Shown: positions 48,180 through 58,814, counted from the stretch's first letter. The stretch: 64,000 nt of DNA from an uncultured bacterium (GCA_965371515.1 CBDUYR010000002.1:50203-114202), one strand, 5' to 3'. Notes: generated by a model not told the origin, from the sequence alone. A program made the numbers and translations.

Positions 48180-48911
48180 TCAGGGCTCGATGAGACCCTG
48201 TACGAGTTCGGGGACATTCCGGATGCTGCCCCTTCGGGAGCAGTATGCGATGTCTTTTCCGTATCCGAGTCCGATAAGCTGCCTGCCCCTGTCGGTTGAC
48301 CGCATGTACTCCTCGATGTCGTCGCCGTACCTGTCGGCCAGGATCATGGCCATTGACGCGGAATCGTCGAGAGAGCTTGTGTCGACCGGCGGCAGGAGGG
48401 CGCCGAGAAGCATCCCCGCGCACAAAAGGTCCTCACCCGCTATCCTGCCATGGTTTCCACTGCATATGATAACGAGATCGCTCTGACCGGAGATCTCTTC
48501 CGCGACGGCATCCACGTTCAGGATCGAGCAAATGATCACCCTGCCCGCCTTGGAGGCAGCCGCCGCTATCGCGGGAGTACCGTTCGATGTGGCGAGGATT
48601 ATCGTCCTTCCCGCTATCTTCTCTCCTTCGAGCTCGGAAGGCGAATTGAAGAGATCGAAGCCCTCTATAGGCATCCCCTTCTGCTCGCCGGCAAGGAGCT
48701 TGTCCCCCCTGTCGGAGAGGCTCACCAGTCTCGTGGCAGTCTCGATGCTCTCGACCGGCAGGATCCTCGCGGCACCGTTATCCAGGGCGGCCAGTATCGT
48801 ACTGGTAGCCCTGAGGACGTCGATCACTACGACGACGGCCCCATGGTAGTTTTCACCGGTCGCCTCTCCGGCCGTCGCAAAGAACCGGATCCCGCCCTTT
48901 GTTGAGCTCAT
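48180..48911 (-). CDS. 2-phosphosulfolactate phosphatase (ComB) family protein
   Basis: VVVIDVLRATSTI and an overall ComB-like layout. 243 aa. Confidence 0.6.
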   Translation of the reverse strand: MSSTKGGIRFFATAGEATGENYHGAVVVVIDVLRATSTILAALDNGAARILPVESIETATRLVSLSDRGDKLLAGEQKGMPIEGFDLFNSPSELEGEKIAGRTIILATSNGTPAIAAAASKAGRVIICSILNVDAVAEEISGQSDLVIICSGNHGRIAGEDLLCAGMLLGALLPPVDTSSLDDSASMAMILADRYGDDIEEYMRSTDRGRQLIGLGYGKDIAYCSRRGSIRNVPELVQGLIEP

Positions 48912-50248
48912 CTTTCCGTCCTCTCAATGAACGAAGTGTCGAAATCAACGCTTATGAACCGTTCGTGCCTGAGTATCCAGAGGTGAAACGAAATCGTCGT
49001 CGGCACGCCCTCGATCACGCACTCCTCCAGCGACCTGATCATACGGGTCCGCGCCTCCTCTCTCGTCTCGCCCCATGTGATGATCTTTGCGAGGAGCGAA
49101 TCGTAGTACGGGGGCACTGTGTATCCGGCGTAGAGGTGGGAATCTACTCTGACCCCCGGCCCTCCCGGGGGATGATAGAACGTCACGAGTCCGGGGGCAG
49201 GCTTGAAATCATTCTCCGGATCCTCCGCGTTGATCCGGCATTCGATCGCGTGGCCGCTTATGCTGCAATGTCCTTCGAGCAGCGGGCTCTCCCCCGTCGA
49301 GGCGAGCCTTATCTGTTCCTTGATCAGATCGACTCCGGCGACCATCTCCGTCACCGGGTGCTCCACCTGGACCCTCGTGTTCATCTCGAGAAAGTATATG
49401 TTTTCTTCGGAATCGACGAGGAACTCCACTGTTCCTAGCGACCCGTACCTGACATACTCGGCGCCCCTGATCGCATAGTCGAGTATCTTCTCCCGTGTTT
49501 CTTCGGAGATGCCCGGCGCGGGTGATTCCTCGATAAGCTTCTGGTGTCTTCTCTGTATGCTGCATTCCCGCTCGCGCAGATGAACGACCCGTCCCTTCCC
49601 GTCGCCGAATATCTGTACTTCGATGTGCCGCGGGCTCTCGAGATATTTCTCCAGATAGAGGCCGCCGTCACCGAAAGAAGCCTCCGCCTCCGCGCCGGCC
49701 GCATGTAATAGCGAGGACAGTTCTTCAGGTTCGCGGACGATCCTGATCCCCCTGCCCCCTCCACCCGCGACGGCCTTTATCATGACGGGGTATCCGATCT
49801 GGCCGGCGAGCTTCAAGGCCTCTTCCTCACCTTCGACAACGCCTTCGCTGCCGGGTATGATCGGAATCTCCGCCTCGTTCATCAACCTCCTGGCCTCCGA
49901 CTTGTGGCCCATCTTCTCCATCAGCGCCGGAGCGGGCCCGATCCAGTCGATGTTGCAGGACATGCAGACCTCGGCAAAGTACGGGCTCTCGGCGAGAAAA
50001 CCGTATCCGGGATGGATGGCGTCGGCTCCGGTGATCTCAGCCGCAGCAATCAGCCTGGGAATGTTGAGGTAGCTCTCAACGGGCTGGGGCCCGCCGATGC
50101 ATACATCCTCGTCGGCCAGTTTGACATGGAGGGATTCCGAGTCGGCCTCCGAATGCACGGCGACCGCCTTGATGCCCAGCTCCCTGCAGGCACGGATTAC
50201 CCGCAGGGCGATCTCGCCCCTCGCGGCTATCAGAATTTTATTGTACAT
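48908..50248 (-). CDS. accC: Acetyl-CoA carboxylase biotin carboxylase subunit
   Basis: ILIAARGEIALRVIRACRELGI with an ATP-grasp core. 446 aa. Confidence 0.9.
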   Translation of the reverse strand: MYNKILIAARGEIALRVIRACRELGIKAVAVHSEADSESLHVKLADEDVCIGGPQPVESYLNIPRLIAAAEITGADAIHPGYGFLAESPYFAEVCMSCNIDWIGPAPALMEKMGHKSEARRLMNEAEIPIIPGSEGVVEGEEEALKLAGQIGYPVMIKAVAGGGGRGIRIVREPEELSSLLHAAGAEAEASFGDGGLYLEKYLESPRHIEVQIFGDGKGRVVHLRERECSIQRRHQKLIEESPAPGISEETREKILDYAIRGAEYVRYGSLGTVEFLVDSEENIYFLEMNTRVQVEHPVTEMVAGVDLIKEQIRLASTGESPLLEGHCSISGHAIECRINAEDPENDFKPAPGLVTFYHPPGGPGVRVDSHLYAGYTVPPYYDSLLAKIITWGETREEARTRMIRSLEECVIEGVPTTISFHLWILRHERFISVDFDTSFIERTER

Positions 50249-50257
50249 AGACCCGTT

Positions 50258-51397
50258 CTAGAGTTCGCCGATGGAACTACCACCGACCGCCTCGGTGTTC
50301 TCGAAGTTATCCCAGGTCTTATCGCTCGTGGCCTGGATTCCCTTGAGACGCAGAGCGAACTCGTGAGGGTTGGAACTGTTCTTCATCGCTTCTTCCATGC
50401 TGATTCTTCCGTCGGTCAGAAGCTGCATCAGCGACTGGTCGAAACTCTGCATCCCGTGGGATGAGACACCCTCCCTGATCGCCTGCTGAATCATGGGCGC
50501 TTTTTCAGGGTCAATAATATACTCCCGAATAGTGGATGTTACAACCATAACTTCCACCGCGGGGACCCTGCCTTTGCCCTCTTTCACGGGTATGAGGCGC
50601 TGAGAGATCACAGCCTGTAGTGTAGAAGAGAGGAGATATCTGATCTCCTGGTGCTGATGGGGTGGGAAGAACGAGATGACGCGGTTGATCGTCTGTGTGG
50701 CGTCGATAGTATGCAGCGTCGACATGACCAGATGGCCTGTATCGGCCGCCATGAGAGCAATCTCCATCGTCAGGGCATCACGGATCTCTCCGACGAGGAT
50801 GACGTCGGGATCCTGCCTGAGGATGTGCCTGAGCGCCTCGTGAAACGACGATGTATCGCTTCCTATCTCGCGCTGGTTGATGATGCTCTTCTTGTCCTGG
50901 TGAAGGAATTCGATCGGATCCTCGATCGTGATGATGTTCTTGTTGGCGTTTTCGTTGATCTCCCTGACCATCGCGGCGAGAGTCGTCGACTTTCCGCTGC
51001 CGACCGTTCCGGTAACGAACATCAGCCCTCTCTGCATCATCGCCAGACCCTTGAGCATCTCGGGAAGATCGAGCTCGTCGACAGACTTGATCTCGACGGG
51101 AACGTGCCTGAAAACCATGGCGATCGATCCGCGCTGAACGTAGAAGTTAGCCCTGAACCTGGCGAGGCCGGAGACGCCGAACGCGAAATCGACTTCCCGC
51201 GTGTTCTTGAAGCGATCCTTCTGGGGAGGCGTGAGGATCTGCTCAGCTATCGCTTCCATATCCTTCGGAGCGGGCCTTTCGAAATCGAGATGGATCAGTT
51301 TTCCGTCGACCCTTGTCACGGGCGGAAGGCCCGCCTTCAGATGTAGATCGGAGCCGCCTTTTGCAATCATTGCTTCGAGGATGCTCTTGATGTTCAT
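50258..51397 (-). CDS. pilT: PilT/PilU family type IV pilus retraction ATPase
   Basis: Walker A GTVGSGKSTT and PilT-type Asp/His boxes. 379 aa with a short C-terminal extension. Confidence 0.8.
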   Translation of the reverse strand: MNIKSILEAMIAKGGSDLHLKAGLPPVTRVDGKLIHLDFERPAPKDMEAIAEQILTPPQKDRFKNTREVDFAFGVSGLARFRANFYVQRGSIAMVFRHVPVEIKSVDELDLPEMLKGLAMMQRGLMFVTGTVGSGKSTTLAAMVREINENANKNIITIEDPIEFLHQDKKSIINQREIGSDTSSFHEALRHILRQDPDVILVGEIRDALTMEIALMAADTGHLVMSTLHTIDATQTINRVISFFPPHQHQEIRYLLSSTLQAVISQRLIPVKEGKGRVPAVEVMVVTSTIREYIIDPEKAPMIQQAIREGVSSHGMQSFDQSLMQLLTDGRISMEEAMKNSSNPHEFALRLKGIQATSDKTWDNFENTEAVGGSSIGEL

Positions 51398-51536
51398 CCC
51401 TGCACCTTCCCTTGAGCGATAAGTCGAAACGACGGCATTGCCCGGTTACGACTAACGCATTATTATTCAACAAATTGTATCCTGACGCCGGAATCCGGAG
51501 CGATCCCGGTTGTGCTGGAAGGTAATTTTGCAAGTA

Positions 51537-52003
<467 letters not shown>

Positions 52004-52004
<1 letters not shown>

Positions 52005-52561
52005 TAAACCCGCTCTATGTATTTACCCGTCCGCGTGTCTACCTTTAGGACGTCGCCCGTCTCGATGAACAGAGGGACGGTCACAGTCGCCCCCGTCTCG
52101 AGCTTTGCCGGCTTGGAGCCTCCCTGTGCGGTATCGCCGCGTAGCCCGGGCTCCGTCTCGGACACTTCGAGCTCGACGAATGTCGGGAGTTCCACCGCTA
52201 TGGGAGTCTCGCCGTCGAGCAGTACCGAGATCTCCATGCTCTCCTTCAGGTATGGGAGCAGGTCCTCGAGCAGGTCTCGGGCAAGCGGGAACTGCTCGTA
52301 GGTCTCAAGGTTCATCACATAGAAGAGATCGTCGCTCCTGTAAAGATACTGGTAAGTATGCCTGTCCACGCGAACCTTGGTTATCTTCTCTCCCGCCCTG
52401 AAGGTCTTGTCTATTACCGCCCCTTCCGGGATCTTCTTCAGTTTCGTCCTGACAAACGCCCCACCCTTGCCGGGCTTAACATGCTGGAACTCCACTATGG
52501 AGTATAGCTGCCCGTCCATCCTCAGTATGAGCCCGTTCCTGAAATCGCTGGTATCTGCCAA
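52004..52561 (-). CDS. efp: Elongation factor P
   Basis: 185 aa with the [14 protein letters not shown] loop and three OB domains. Confidence 0.9.
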
Positions 52562-52575
52562 GGTTTTCCTTCCCT

Positions 52576-53562
52576 TTACTTCTCGCCGTCCATCGGATCG
52601 TCCTGCATCCCCTTGAGCCAGTTCCTGAAGTTGTCCATGCCTTCCCGTTCGCCTTCCTCGCCGGGCGCTTCCTCGGAAGGCTTTTCCTCAGTCGAATCCT
52701 TGCGATCGGCCTCCTCGAGTTCCCTCGCTACCGCCTCGAGCTCATCCTCGTCACCCGGTACCGAGCCTTCACGCACGATCCCGTCATCGTCACCCTCATC
52801 CTCCACGGGCGCTTCTTCTTTCTCGCTGTCCGGAGAACCAGTGCCCGGCCCGGCCGTGTTCTCTATCATGTCGTCGCTGATGTCGTCGATCGAGATTGAC
52901 ATCACCTCTTCGTCGAACGTCTTTTCCAGCTCCTTGTTCGACGATTCGATCATAGACTCTATCTTTCCGATCATCTCTGAGGCTTCCTTGTTGTCCGGTT
53001 CCTCCTCGATTATTTCTTTATAGATCTTGAGGGCCTTGTTGTAGTAACCCTGCGCTGCGTAGATGCCGGCGAGCGTCATCGTGGCCAGTTCGTCCGGCTG
53101 CCCGTCCTTCCTGATACTCTCGTGGTCACTGAGATCGATCTCCCTCTCGCGGAATTCATTCTCGAGCCCCTTGAGCCTTTCGGATACATCCTCGTTCGTC
53201 GGATCGATCGCGAGGATCTTGCGGTAGTACAATATCGACTGATCCCTGTCGCCCTCGGACATCAGGATATCGCCCATGAACTTCAGGGCTACCATGTTCT
53301 CCGAATCGATCTCTATCACGCGCTCGAATTCGGCGCGGGACCGCTCGGTCGCACCCTTGTCGTAGAAGCATTTTCCGAGTATAATATGCGCACTGGCGTA
53401 GTCGGGATACGCTTCGAGGCCTTTCTCGCAGAGCTCGATAGCCTTTTCCACGTCTCCGCTCTTGCGATATGCGTCGGCCAGTGGCGCGAAGATCCTCGAC
53501 TCCGGAGCGCTGTCGTATCTTCCCTGCAGATGCTTTATCTCAGCACTGAGATCGTTGTTCAT
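52576..53562 (-). CDS. TPR-repeat protein with an acidic C-terminal tail
   Basis: Several TPR units (AIELCEKGLEAYPDYASAHIILGKCFY ...) and a Glu/Asp-rich C-terminus. Confidence 0.5.
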   Translation of the reverse strand: MNNDLSAEIKHLQGRYDSAPESRIFAPLADAYRKSGDVEKAIELCEKGLEAYPDYASAHIILGKCFYDKGATERSRAEFERVIEIDSENMVALKFMGDILMSEGDRDQSILYYRKILAIDPTNEDVSERLKGLENEFREREIDLSDHESIRKDGQPDELATMTLAGIYAAQGYYNKALKIYKEIIEEEPDNKEASEMIGKIESMIESSNKELEKTFDEEVMSISIDDISDDMIENTAGPGTGSPDSEKEEAPVEDEGDDDGIVREGSVPGDEDELEAVARELEEADRKDSTEEKPSEEAPGEEGEREGMDNFRNWLKGMQDDPMDGEK

Positions 53563-53653
53563 ATACAGCCTTTCCGCTCTGGTCCCGATTCGGCTATCAG
53601 GCTATCAGAGGGTATATACCCCTGTCAAGTGCAGTAAGACCGGAGTGCTGCCA

Positions 53654-54673
53654 TCAATTCACCCTGAAAGTCTCGGCCACGGCGACGGCCTCCCTGAGGA
53701 GCATGTGCTTGTTGAATCCGGGCGCGTAGACGAGGCAGTCGACGAGCCAGATCTTGCCCTTGACCCTGTCGTAGACAAAGAAACAGATGAAAGGCCCTCC
53801 GTACATATCCACACTGCTCTCCCAGTAGCCATCCATTCTGACTGCTGTGTACGGGCCGAACTCGTCGACACTCCATGACACGAGCTCGGGGCGCATCACT
53901 TCCTTGTCATGTATCCCGTATACGATCTTTGCCCGGAAATCATAGAGCGCCGTGGAATCGGACGGCGAAACCGACTTCTTGTTCCAGGAAAGCCAGGATA
54001 TCGTAATCCCCCTGTGCGGATAATCCCTGATGATCTCCACACCGGGAAGACCTCCCCAATCCCTGTTCAGTTTGTAATCGTCCGGTACTCTTATGGCGAA
54101 TCCGTATTTTGTCTTCAGGTCCGCCCCTGTCTCGTACTTCTCCCTGAGAAGGAGATTTTCCCTCAGCCTTTTCCTGTTCGCCTTCTCTATTATGTCGCGG
54201 ATCAGCTGACCGTTCTCCTCAGTCACTTTCCGCAGTCTCTCGGGTGACGATGCCGTAATGATCACGGTAAGCTGTCCCTTTACCGGATAGTCCATCCTCT
54301 GGAATATTTGGTTCTTCCCCTCGAGTACCTTTCTCACACTGTTTGTCCCGATAAAGTTCTCTATCAGCTGGCCTGTGCGCCCCTGCCTGACGACGCCATA
54401 TATGACCATGTTCTTGGTGGGAGGTTCCCTGTCGAACTCGTACGCTGAGACCATGCGGAGCTTGAACTGGATCTCCAGCTTTGAATAGTAGTCAATGGGA
54501 TGCTGCAGAGTCCTGATTATATCGTCGTTCGATCCCCCGGGTTCACCGGATTCGGTGACCAGTACGATATTGCTGTAGGAGCCGGGCGGGACAAAAATGG
54601 ATCTGTTTCCGCAGGATGGGACCAGCAACAAAACACATGCCAGTAGGGCTGCCGCAAAGGGTCCGGATCTCAT
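53654..54673 (-). CDS. Hypothetical lipoprotein (possibly DUF4837-like)
   Basis: Signal peptide with lipobox (LLLVPSCGN). About 330 aa with no catalytic motifs. The family assignment is tentative. Confidence 0.45.
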   Translation of the reverse strand: MRSGPFAAALLACVLLLVPSCGNRSIFVPPGSYSNIVLVTESGEPGGSNDDIIRTLQHPIDYYSKLEIQFKLRMVSAYEFDREPPTKNMVIYGVVRQGRTGQLIENFIGTNSVRKVLEGKNQIFQRMDYPVKGQLTVIITASSPERLRKVTEENGQLIRDIIEKANRKRLRENLLLREKYETGADLKTKYGFAIRVPDDYKLNRDWGGLPGVEIIRDYPHRGITISWLSWNKKSVSPSDSTALYDFRAKIVYGIHDKEVMRPELVSWSVDEFGPYTAVRMDGYWESSVDMYGGPFICFFVYDRVKGKIWLVDCLVYAPGFNKHMLLREAVAVAETFRVN

Positions 54674-54779
54674 ATCTACCTCCTGCATGGAAACATACGG
54701 GCAACCGCCGAAACGGGCAAGAAAAAAGGCGCTCCCGCCTGGAAGCGCCGAATGGGGCTCTGGGGAATGATGTTACCGT

Positions 54780-55454
54780 TTATCTTTTTCCGCTTCGGCC
54801 GCCAGACCTCTGCTTAAGGAGCAGCCTCTGCATATATGTGTTCTGCAGCCTCAGTCGCTCGACCTGCCGCCTGAGGAGCTCGTTCTCCCGGAGCAGGTAA
54901 TCCATCCTCGGATCGGAAGCCATGCTGAACGGGAGCTGTCTCGAAGTCTCCTCCAGTGGGACGTCTCCGAGGTAATCGTCCGAAACATACTGGATCCCCG
55001 CGGGGTACCCGGTCTGTGTAAAACGCACCTCGCCATGCTTCCCGGGAGCGCTCGTCCTGATCGTCTCCCGCGCGAGTCTCTCTCCGTCTGTAATGTCCCC
55101 GGCATCCCTTCCCGCCAGCATCCACGCCCCGGCCAGGGCAATAACGAGGGTCGCGGCGGTCGCAGCGATGAACTTCGATCCCCAGACCCATCCACCGACC
55201 TCGGCGGTAACCCTGCTCCGCATCGCTTTCGATTTCTCCATCGCGATCCTGCGCTTGAGGTTCCACTCGAAGTTCTCCGATACCTCGATCTCGCCCAGAT
55301 TGCCGAGCATCTCCAGACACCCGTCCATCTCGCCGCAGAATTCAGCGCATTCCGGGCACTGGTTCAAGTGCTCCTGGAGACGCATCCTCGCGGCCTCGTC
55401 GAGCGTTCCGTCACGGTTCCGGCAGAAGTAATCCCTTGCTGTCCTGCATCTCAT
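54780..55454 (-). CDS. Anti-sigma factor (zf-HC2 type, single TM)
   Basis: N-terminal HxxxCxxC motif (HLNQCPECAEFC), a central TM helix, and a position immediately downstream of an ECF sigma gene. Confidence 0.65.
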   Translation of the reverse strand: MRCRTARDYFCRNRDGTLDEAARMRLQEHLNQCPECAEFCGEMDGCLEMLGNLGEIEVSENFEWNLKRRIAMEKSKAMRSRVTAEVGGWVWGSKFIAATAATLVIALAGAWMLAGRDAGDITDGERLARETIRTSAPGKHGEVRFTQTGYPAGIQYVSDDYLGDVPLEETSRQLPFSMASDPRMDYLLRENELLRRQVERLRLQNTYMQRLLLKQRSGGRSGKR

Positions 55455-55455
55455 G

Positions 55456-56127
55456 TCAATTCCCCTTGAATCTCAGATCGTTACCCAGAAGCGGTGAAAC
55501 CGCCTTCTTGAAATGCATCCTTCCTCGGTTGATCCGCGATCTGACCGTGCCGAGCTTCAGACCGGTCGTGGCCGCGATCTCCTCGTAACTCAGCCCGTTG
55601 ATCTCCCTGAGGACAAATGCAGGGCGGTACCTGGAAGGTATCTTCTCTATGGCCTGCTGGATCAGCTCCTGGAGTTTTTTCCGGTCCACCGTCTCCTCCG
55701 GTGTGGGCGACTTGTCCTTGATGTCGACCCATCTTCCGTCCTCTCCTCCGTTGTTCTCGGTCCACATGCTGATCGTCCTCGGCCTTCTCTTGATATTCCT
55801 TATCCTGTTCCTGACGAGGTTCGTCGCTATTGTGTAGAGCCATGTCGAGAACCTCGCAATTGTCCTGTACTTGTCGGCGTGCATATATGCTCTTACGAAA
55901 GCCTCCTGGACAAACTCTTCCGCCTCGCTCTCGTTCCCCAACATCCTGTACAGGTATGAGTACAGCCTGTTCTTGTATCTTCCGACGAGTATGTCGAACG
56001 CCTGGTTCTGGCCCTCCTGGACCAGCAGGATCAACTCCTCATCAGTTCTCTCGGTGAACCTCTTCCGGTTCCCCTTCAGCGGCTCGTGCAGGTTCAAACC
56101 TTCGTCTCCCTTATCCTTGTCCTTCAC
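55456..56127 (-). CDS. ECF-type RNA polymerase sigma factor (sigma-70 family, regions 2 and 4)
   Basis: Region 2 (FDILVGRYKNRLYSYLYRML ... FSTWLYTIATNLVRNRIR) and region 4 HTH (LSYEEIAATTGLKLGTVRSRINRGR). Confidence 0.85.
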   Translation of the reverse strand: MKDKDKGDEGLNLHEPLKGNRKRFTERTDEELILLVQEGQNQAFDILVGRYKNRLYSYLYRMLGNESEAEEFVQEAFVRAYMHADKYRTIARFSTWLYTIATNLVRNRIRNIKRRPRTISMWTENNGGEDGRWVDIKDKSPTPEETVDRKKLQELIQQAIEKIPSRYRPAFVLREINGLSYEEIAATTGLKLGTVRSRINRGRMHFKKAVSPLLGNDLRFKGN

Positions 56128-56177
56128 CAGGTTACTACCCCGCTGCGTCCGACTTGTTCCAATTCAGTTCCTTTTTT

Positions 56178-56918
56178 TCACCGGCCGGCTTCCGAGGCCT
56201 CCCCGGATCTCCCGACCGACACTACGGTCATCGACAGCCTCTCGCTGCCTCCCATCCTCTCGCAGACTATCCTCTCCGGATAGCCTCCGAGCCTCCCGGT
56301 GGACTCGTACCTGTATCTTGCCTCGTAACATCCTTTTCCATCGACCGAGCAGATCCTGAGCCGTAACGGGCCTCTGCCATCCTCGCCCTCGATTTCGAGC
56401 TGACGCCCCCTCCACTCACCCGCAAGCGTCCAGCTGTCGCCTGAAACCGTCGACCGGGCGTTTACAATGTCTTCCCGTCGCGGCGCTCCGAGAAGCATGA
56501 ATACGATCACGTCCTCCGGTATTATCTCAAACTCGAAATGTGTCGACAGATGTGCGAGCGTCTCGACGCTTCCCCTGAACACACCTCTTTCATGGTCCTG
56601 GATCGCGATCGAATCGCCGGCGACGTAGATCGTCGCGTCCTCCCTGTACGAGCCAAAGAGGCTCGTGTGCACGAAATCTATCTGTACCGAACCGTCGGGC
56701 GAGCGAAAGATCGCGCATGTCCCCTTGATCCTGTATTTCGGCAGATCCAGTCTCACGCGGGCGATGATCTCGAGCTGACCGTCCGACATCGAGGCCTGAG
56801 GCGGGAAATACGCTTCGAGCACACCCTCGTCTGCGGGCACGGGTTGACCGGCCGGCGGCGAGTTTGCACACGATCCCGCGATCATGAGGATGAGAACAAT
56901 ACTGGAAAGCCTATTCAA
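56178..56918 (-). CDS. Hypothetical lipoprotein (LolB/DUF4292-like fold possible)
   Basis: Signal peptide with lipobox (IAGSCAN). About 240 aa and beta-rich. The family assignment is tentative. Confidence 0.4.
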   Translation of the reverse strand: MNRLSSIVLILMIAGSCANSPPAGQPVPADEGVLEAYFPPQASMSDGQLEIIARVRLDLPKYRIKGTCAIFRSPDGSVQIDFVHTSLFGSYREDATIYVAGDSIAIQDHERGVFRGSVETLAHLSTHFEFEIIPEDVIVFMLLGAPRREDIVNARSTVSGDSWTLAGEWRGRQLEIEGEDGRGPLRLRICSVDGKGCYEARYRYESTGRLGGYPERIVCERMGGSERLSMTVVSVGRSGEASEAGR

Positions 56919-58653
56919 CCTTCATCTCCGCCCTCGAGGCGGCACTGCGGGCCTCGCGCACCTTGTCCTCTATCTCGGGACGATCCGGGTCCACCTCCAC
57001 CGACCGGTTGTACGACTCGAGGGCCGGCTCGGGCTGCCCGAGCTCCATGTACGTATCGCCGATATGTTCCCAGATCACGGGGTCGTCCGCCACGATCTCC
57101 GATGCTCCCAGAAGTATCTCCAGCGCGTCGGAGAACTCCCCCTTCCTGTACTTCACCCATCCGAGAGAGTCGAGATAATACCCGTTCCCCGGATCCTCGT
57201 CGAGAGCCCTTGTGATCAGATCTTCGGCGAACTCGAGGCTGTCGCCCTTGACGGCGAGAAGATATCCGTAGAAGTTGTTGATGCTTGCATCATCCGGTTC
57301 GTTGCCGTATACAACCCTGATGCAGCGTATCGCGTCGTCATACCTGCCCATATCCTCGTAAAGTGCTGCCAGTTCGAGCAGGACGTCCCTGTTTTCGGGC
57401 GAGAGTTTCTCCGCGGCGGTGAGGAACTGCTCCGCCCTCTCGCGGTCGTCGATCTTCCTGTACACGGTTCCAATCACGAAATTGTCGGAATACTTTGTGC
57501 GGTCCATCCGCCTGATCGCTTCCCTGAGATAGATCGTGCCCTCTACGCTCGTGAATCTCTTGTCTTCTTCAGGACTCGACGGTTCACCGGCCAGCCCGTT
57601 GGCGAGCAGGACGAGGCCGATGTGATTGCTGAAGACGTCTGGCTCGATCTCAACGAGCCGCTCGAGATACTCGAATGCAGTCCTGAAGTTACCCCTGTCC
57701 ATCTCGATCTCCGCAACCGCCCGCATTATCGGCGGCTTCTCTCCGAGAGTGGCCAGCAGTTCCCGAAAGACGCTCAGTGCCTCTTCATGCCTGCCGAGTC
57801 CGTAGTAGAAACGTCCGAGTATGAGCCTGCCGTTCTCGCCCAGCTTGCGCTCCTCGTAAAGCGGTTCGAGAAGCTCGACCCCCTCCTCGAGCCGGCCTTC
57901 CTCGAGGTAGAGCCTCGAAAGCTCCATTACGGCGGTACGGTTGCCGGGATCGAGCTCGAGCGCGTCTTCGAATGCCTTCGCCGCACCCTCGATGTCTCCA
58001 TAGTGAAGGAGTATCGAGCCGAGCGCGAGGTGCGAGCCGGCGAATCCCGGATTTACCTCTACCGCTGCCCTGAGAGACTCGACCGCCCTTTCGACATCTC
58101 CAATGTCGGCATATATGAGACCCAGCCTGTAATGGACGAAGAGATCGCCCGGGTCGAGATCGCGCGCCCGCTCGAGAGCGGCGCGTGCTGCGTCGATGTC
58201 CTTGTTTTCGAGATGTATCCTGGCGAGAAACTTGTATACTTCGAACTGCGACACATCCTCGCTGTTCCTGATGCTTTCGAGAAGCTCGATCGCCTTGTCC
58301 CTGTTCTGTTCCTCGTATTCTATCTCGGCTAGGATCAGCCGCGCGTTGGAGTCATATATCCCCTTCTCTATCAGCCTGCCGACATACTTGCGGGTCTCGT
58401 CGAACTTGCCCAATTCCAGGGTCACCCTTGCAAGAGCGAAGTTTATCCTCGAATTGTCCGGTTCGTACTTTTCCGCCTCTGCGTAGTACACGTAGGCAAG
58501 CACGAGATCGTTGCTCAATTCCATGAACGATCCGCGCATGTAATAGGCCTGCGCTCTCCGGTCCACACGTTCCTGGGCCGTTCCGACGGAGGGCGCGAAG
58601 CCGACCGCGGCGACGATAAGGAGTATTCTCCCGTATCTCAGTAATGCACTCAT
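56911..58653 (-). CDS. Large TPR-repeat protein with a signal peptide
   Basis: More than 10 TPR units. The start was moved to the internal Met before the signal peptide (MSALLRYGRILLIVAAVGFA), which clears the FadL promoter. Confidence 0.55.
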   Translation of the reverse strand: MSALLRYGRILLIVAAVGFAPSVGTAQERVDRRAQAYYMRGSFMELSNDLVLAYVYYAEAEKYEPDNSRINFALARVTLELGKFDETRKYVGRLIEKGIYDSNARLILAEIEYEEQNRDKAIELLESIRNSEDVSQFEVYKFLARIHLENKDIDAARAALERARDLDPGDLFVHYRLGLIYADIGDVERAVESLRAAVEVNPGFAGSHLALGSILLHYGDIEGAAKAFEDALELDPGNRTAVMELSRLYLEEGRLEEGVELLEPLYEERKLGENGRLILGRFYYGLGRHEEALSVFRELLATLGEKPPIMRAVAEIEMDRGNFRTAFEYLERLVEIEPDVFSNHIGLVLLANGLAGEPSSPEEDKRFTSVEGTIYLREAIRRMDRTKYSDNFVIGTVYRKIDDRERAEQFLTAAEKLSPENRDVLLELAALYEDMGRYDDAIRCIRVVYGNEPDDASINNFYGYLLAVKGDSLEFAEDLITRALDEDPGNGYYLDSLGWVKYRKGEFSDALEILLGASEIVADDPVIWEHIGDTYMELGQPEPALESYNRSVEVDPDRPEIEDKVREARSAASRAEMKVE

Positions 58654-58733
58654 CTTTCTTATTATACCTGACACGGAGCCCGCGGGCAAAAACAAACGAC
58701 CGCCATCACCGTAAAGCGCTCCTTCGTAGTTCG

Positions 58734-58762
58734 TTGACTTGCGTGCGGCCATATTCTATACT
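58734..58762 (+). promoter_or_regulatory. Near-consensus sigma70 promoter (TTGACT-N17-TATACT) for the FadL-like gene
   Basis: -35 at 58734..58739, -10 at 58757..58762, 17-nt spacer, about 50 nt upstream of the ATG at 58815. Confidence 0.45.
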
Positions 58763-58814
58763 TTAAATGCTGTTCGCCACAATGATATGACAGCCCCTGA
58801 AAGGATGACCGGTA

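Noticed and set aside
56128-56180. GGAAC...GGAAC motif upstream of the ECF sigma gene as a possible autoregulated ECF promoter.
   Set aside because: The spacing to any CGTC/TCTAA-like -10 element is 3-4 nt too short or too long, so no convincing ECF promoter could be defined by eye.
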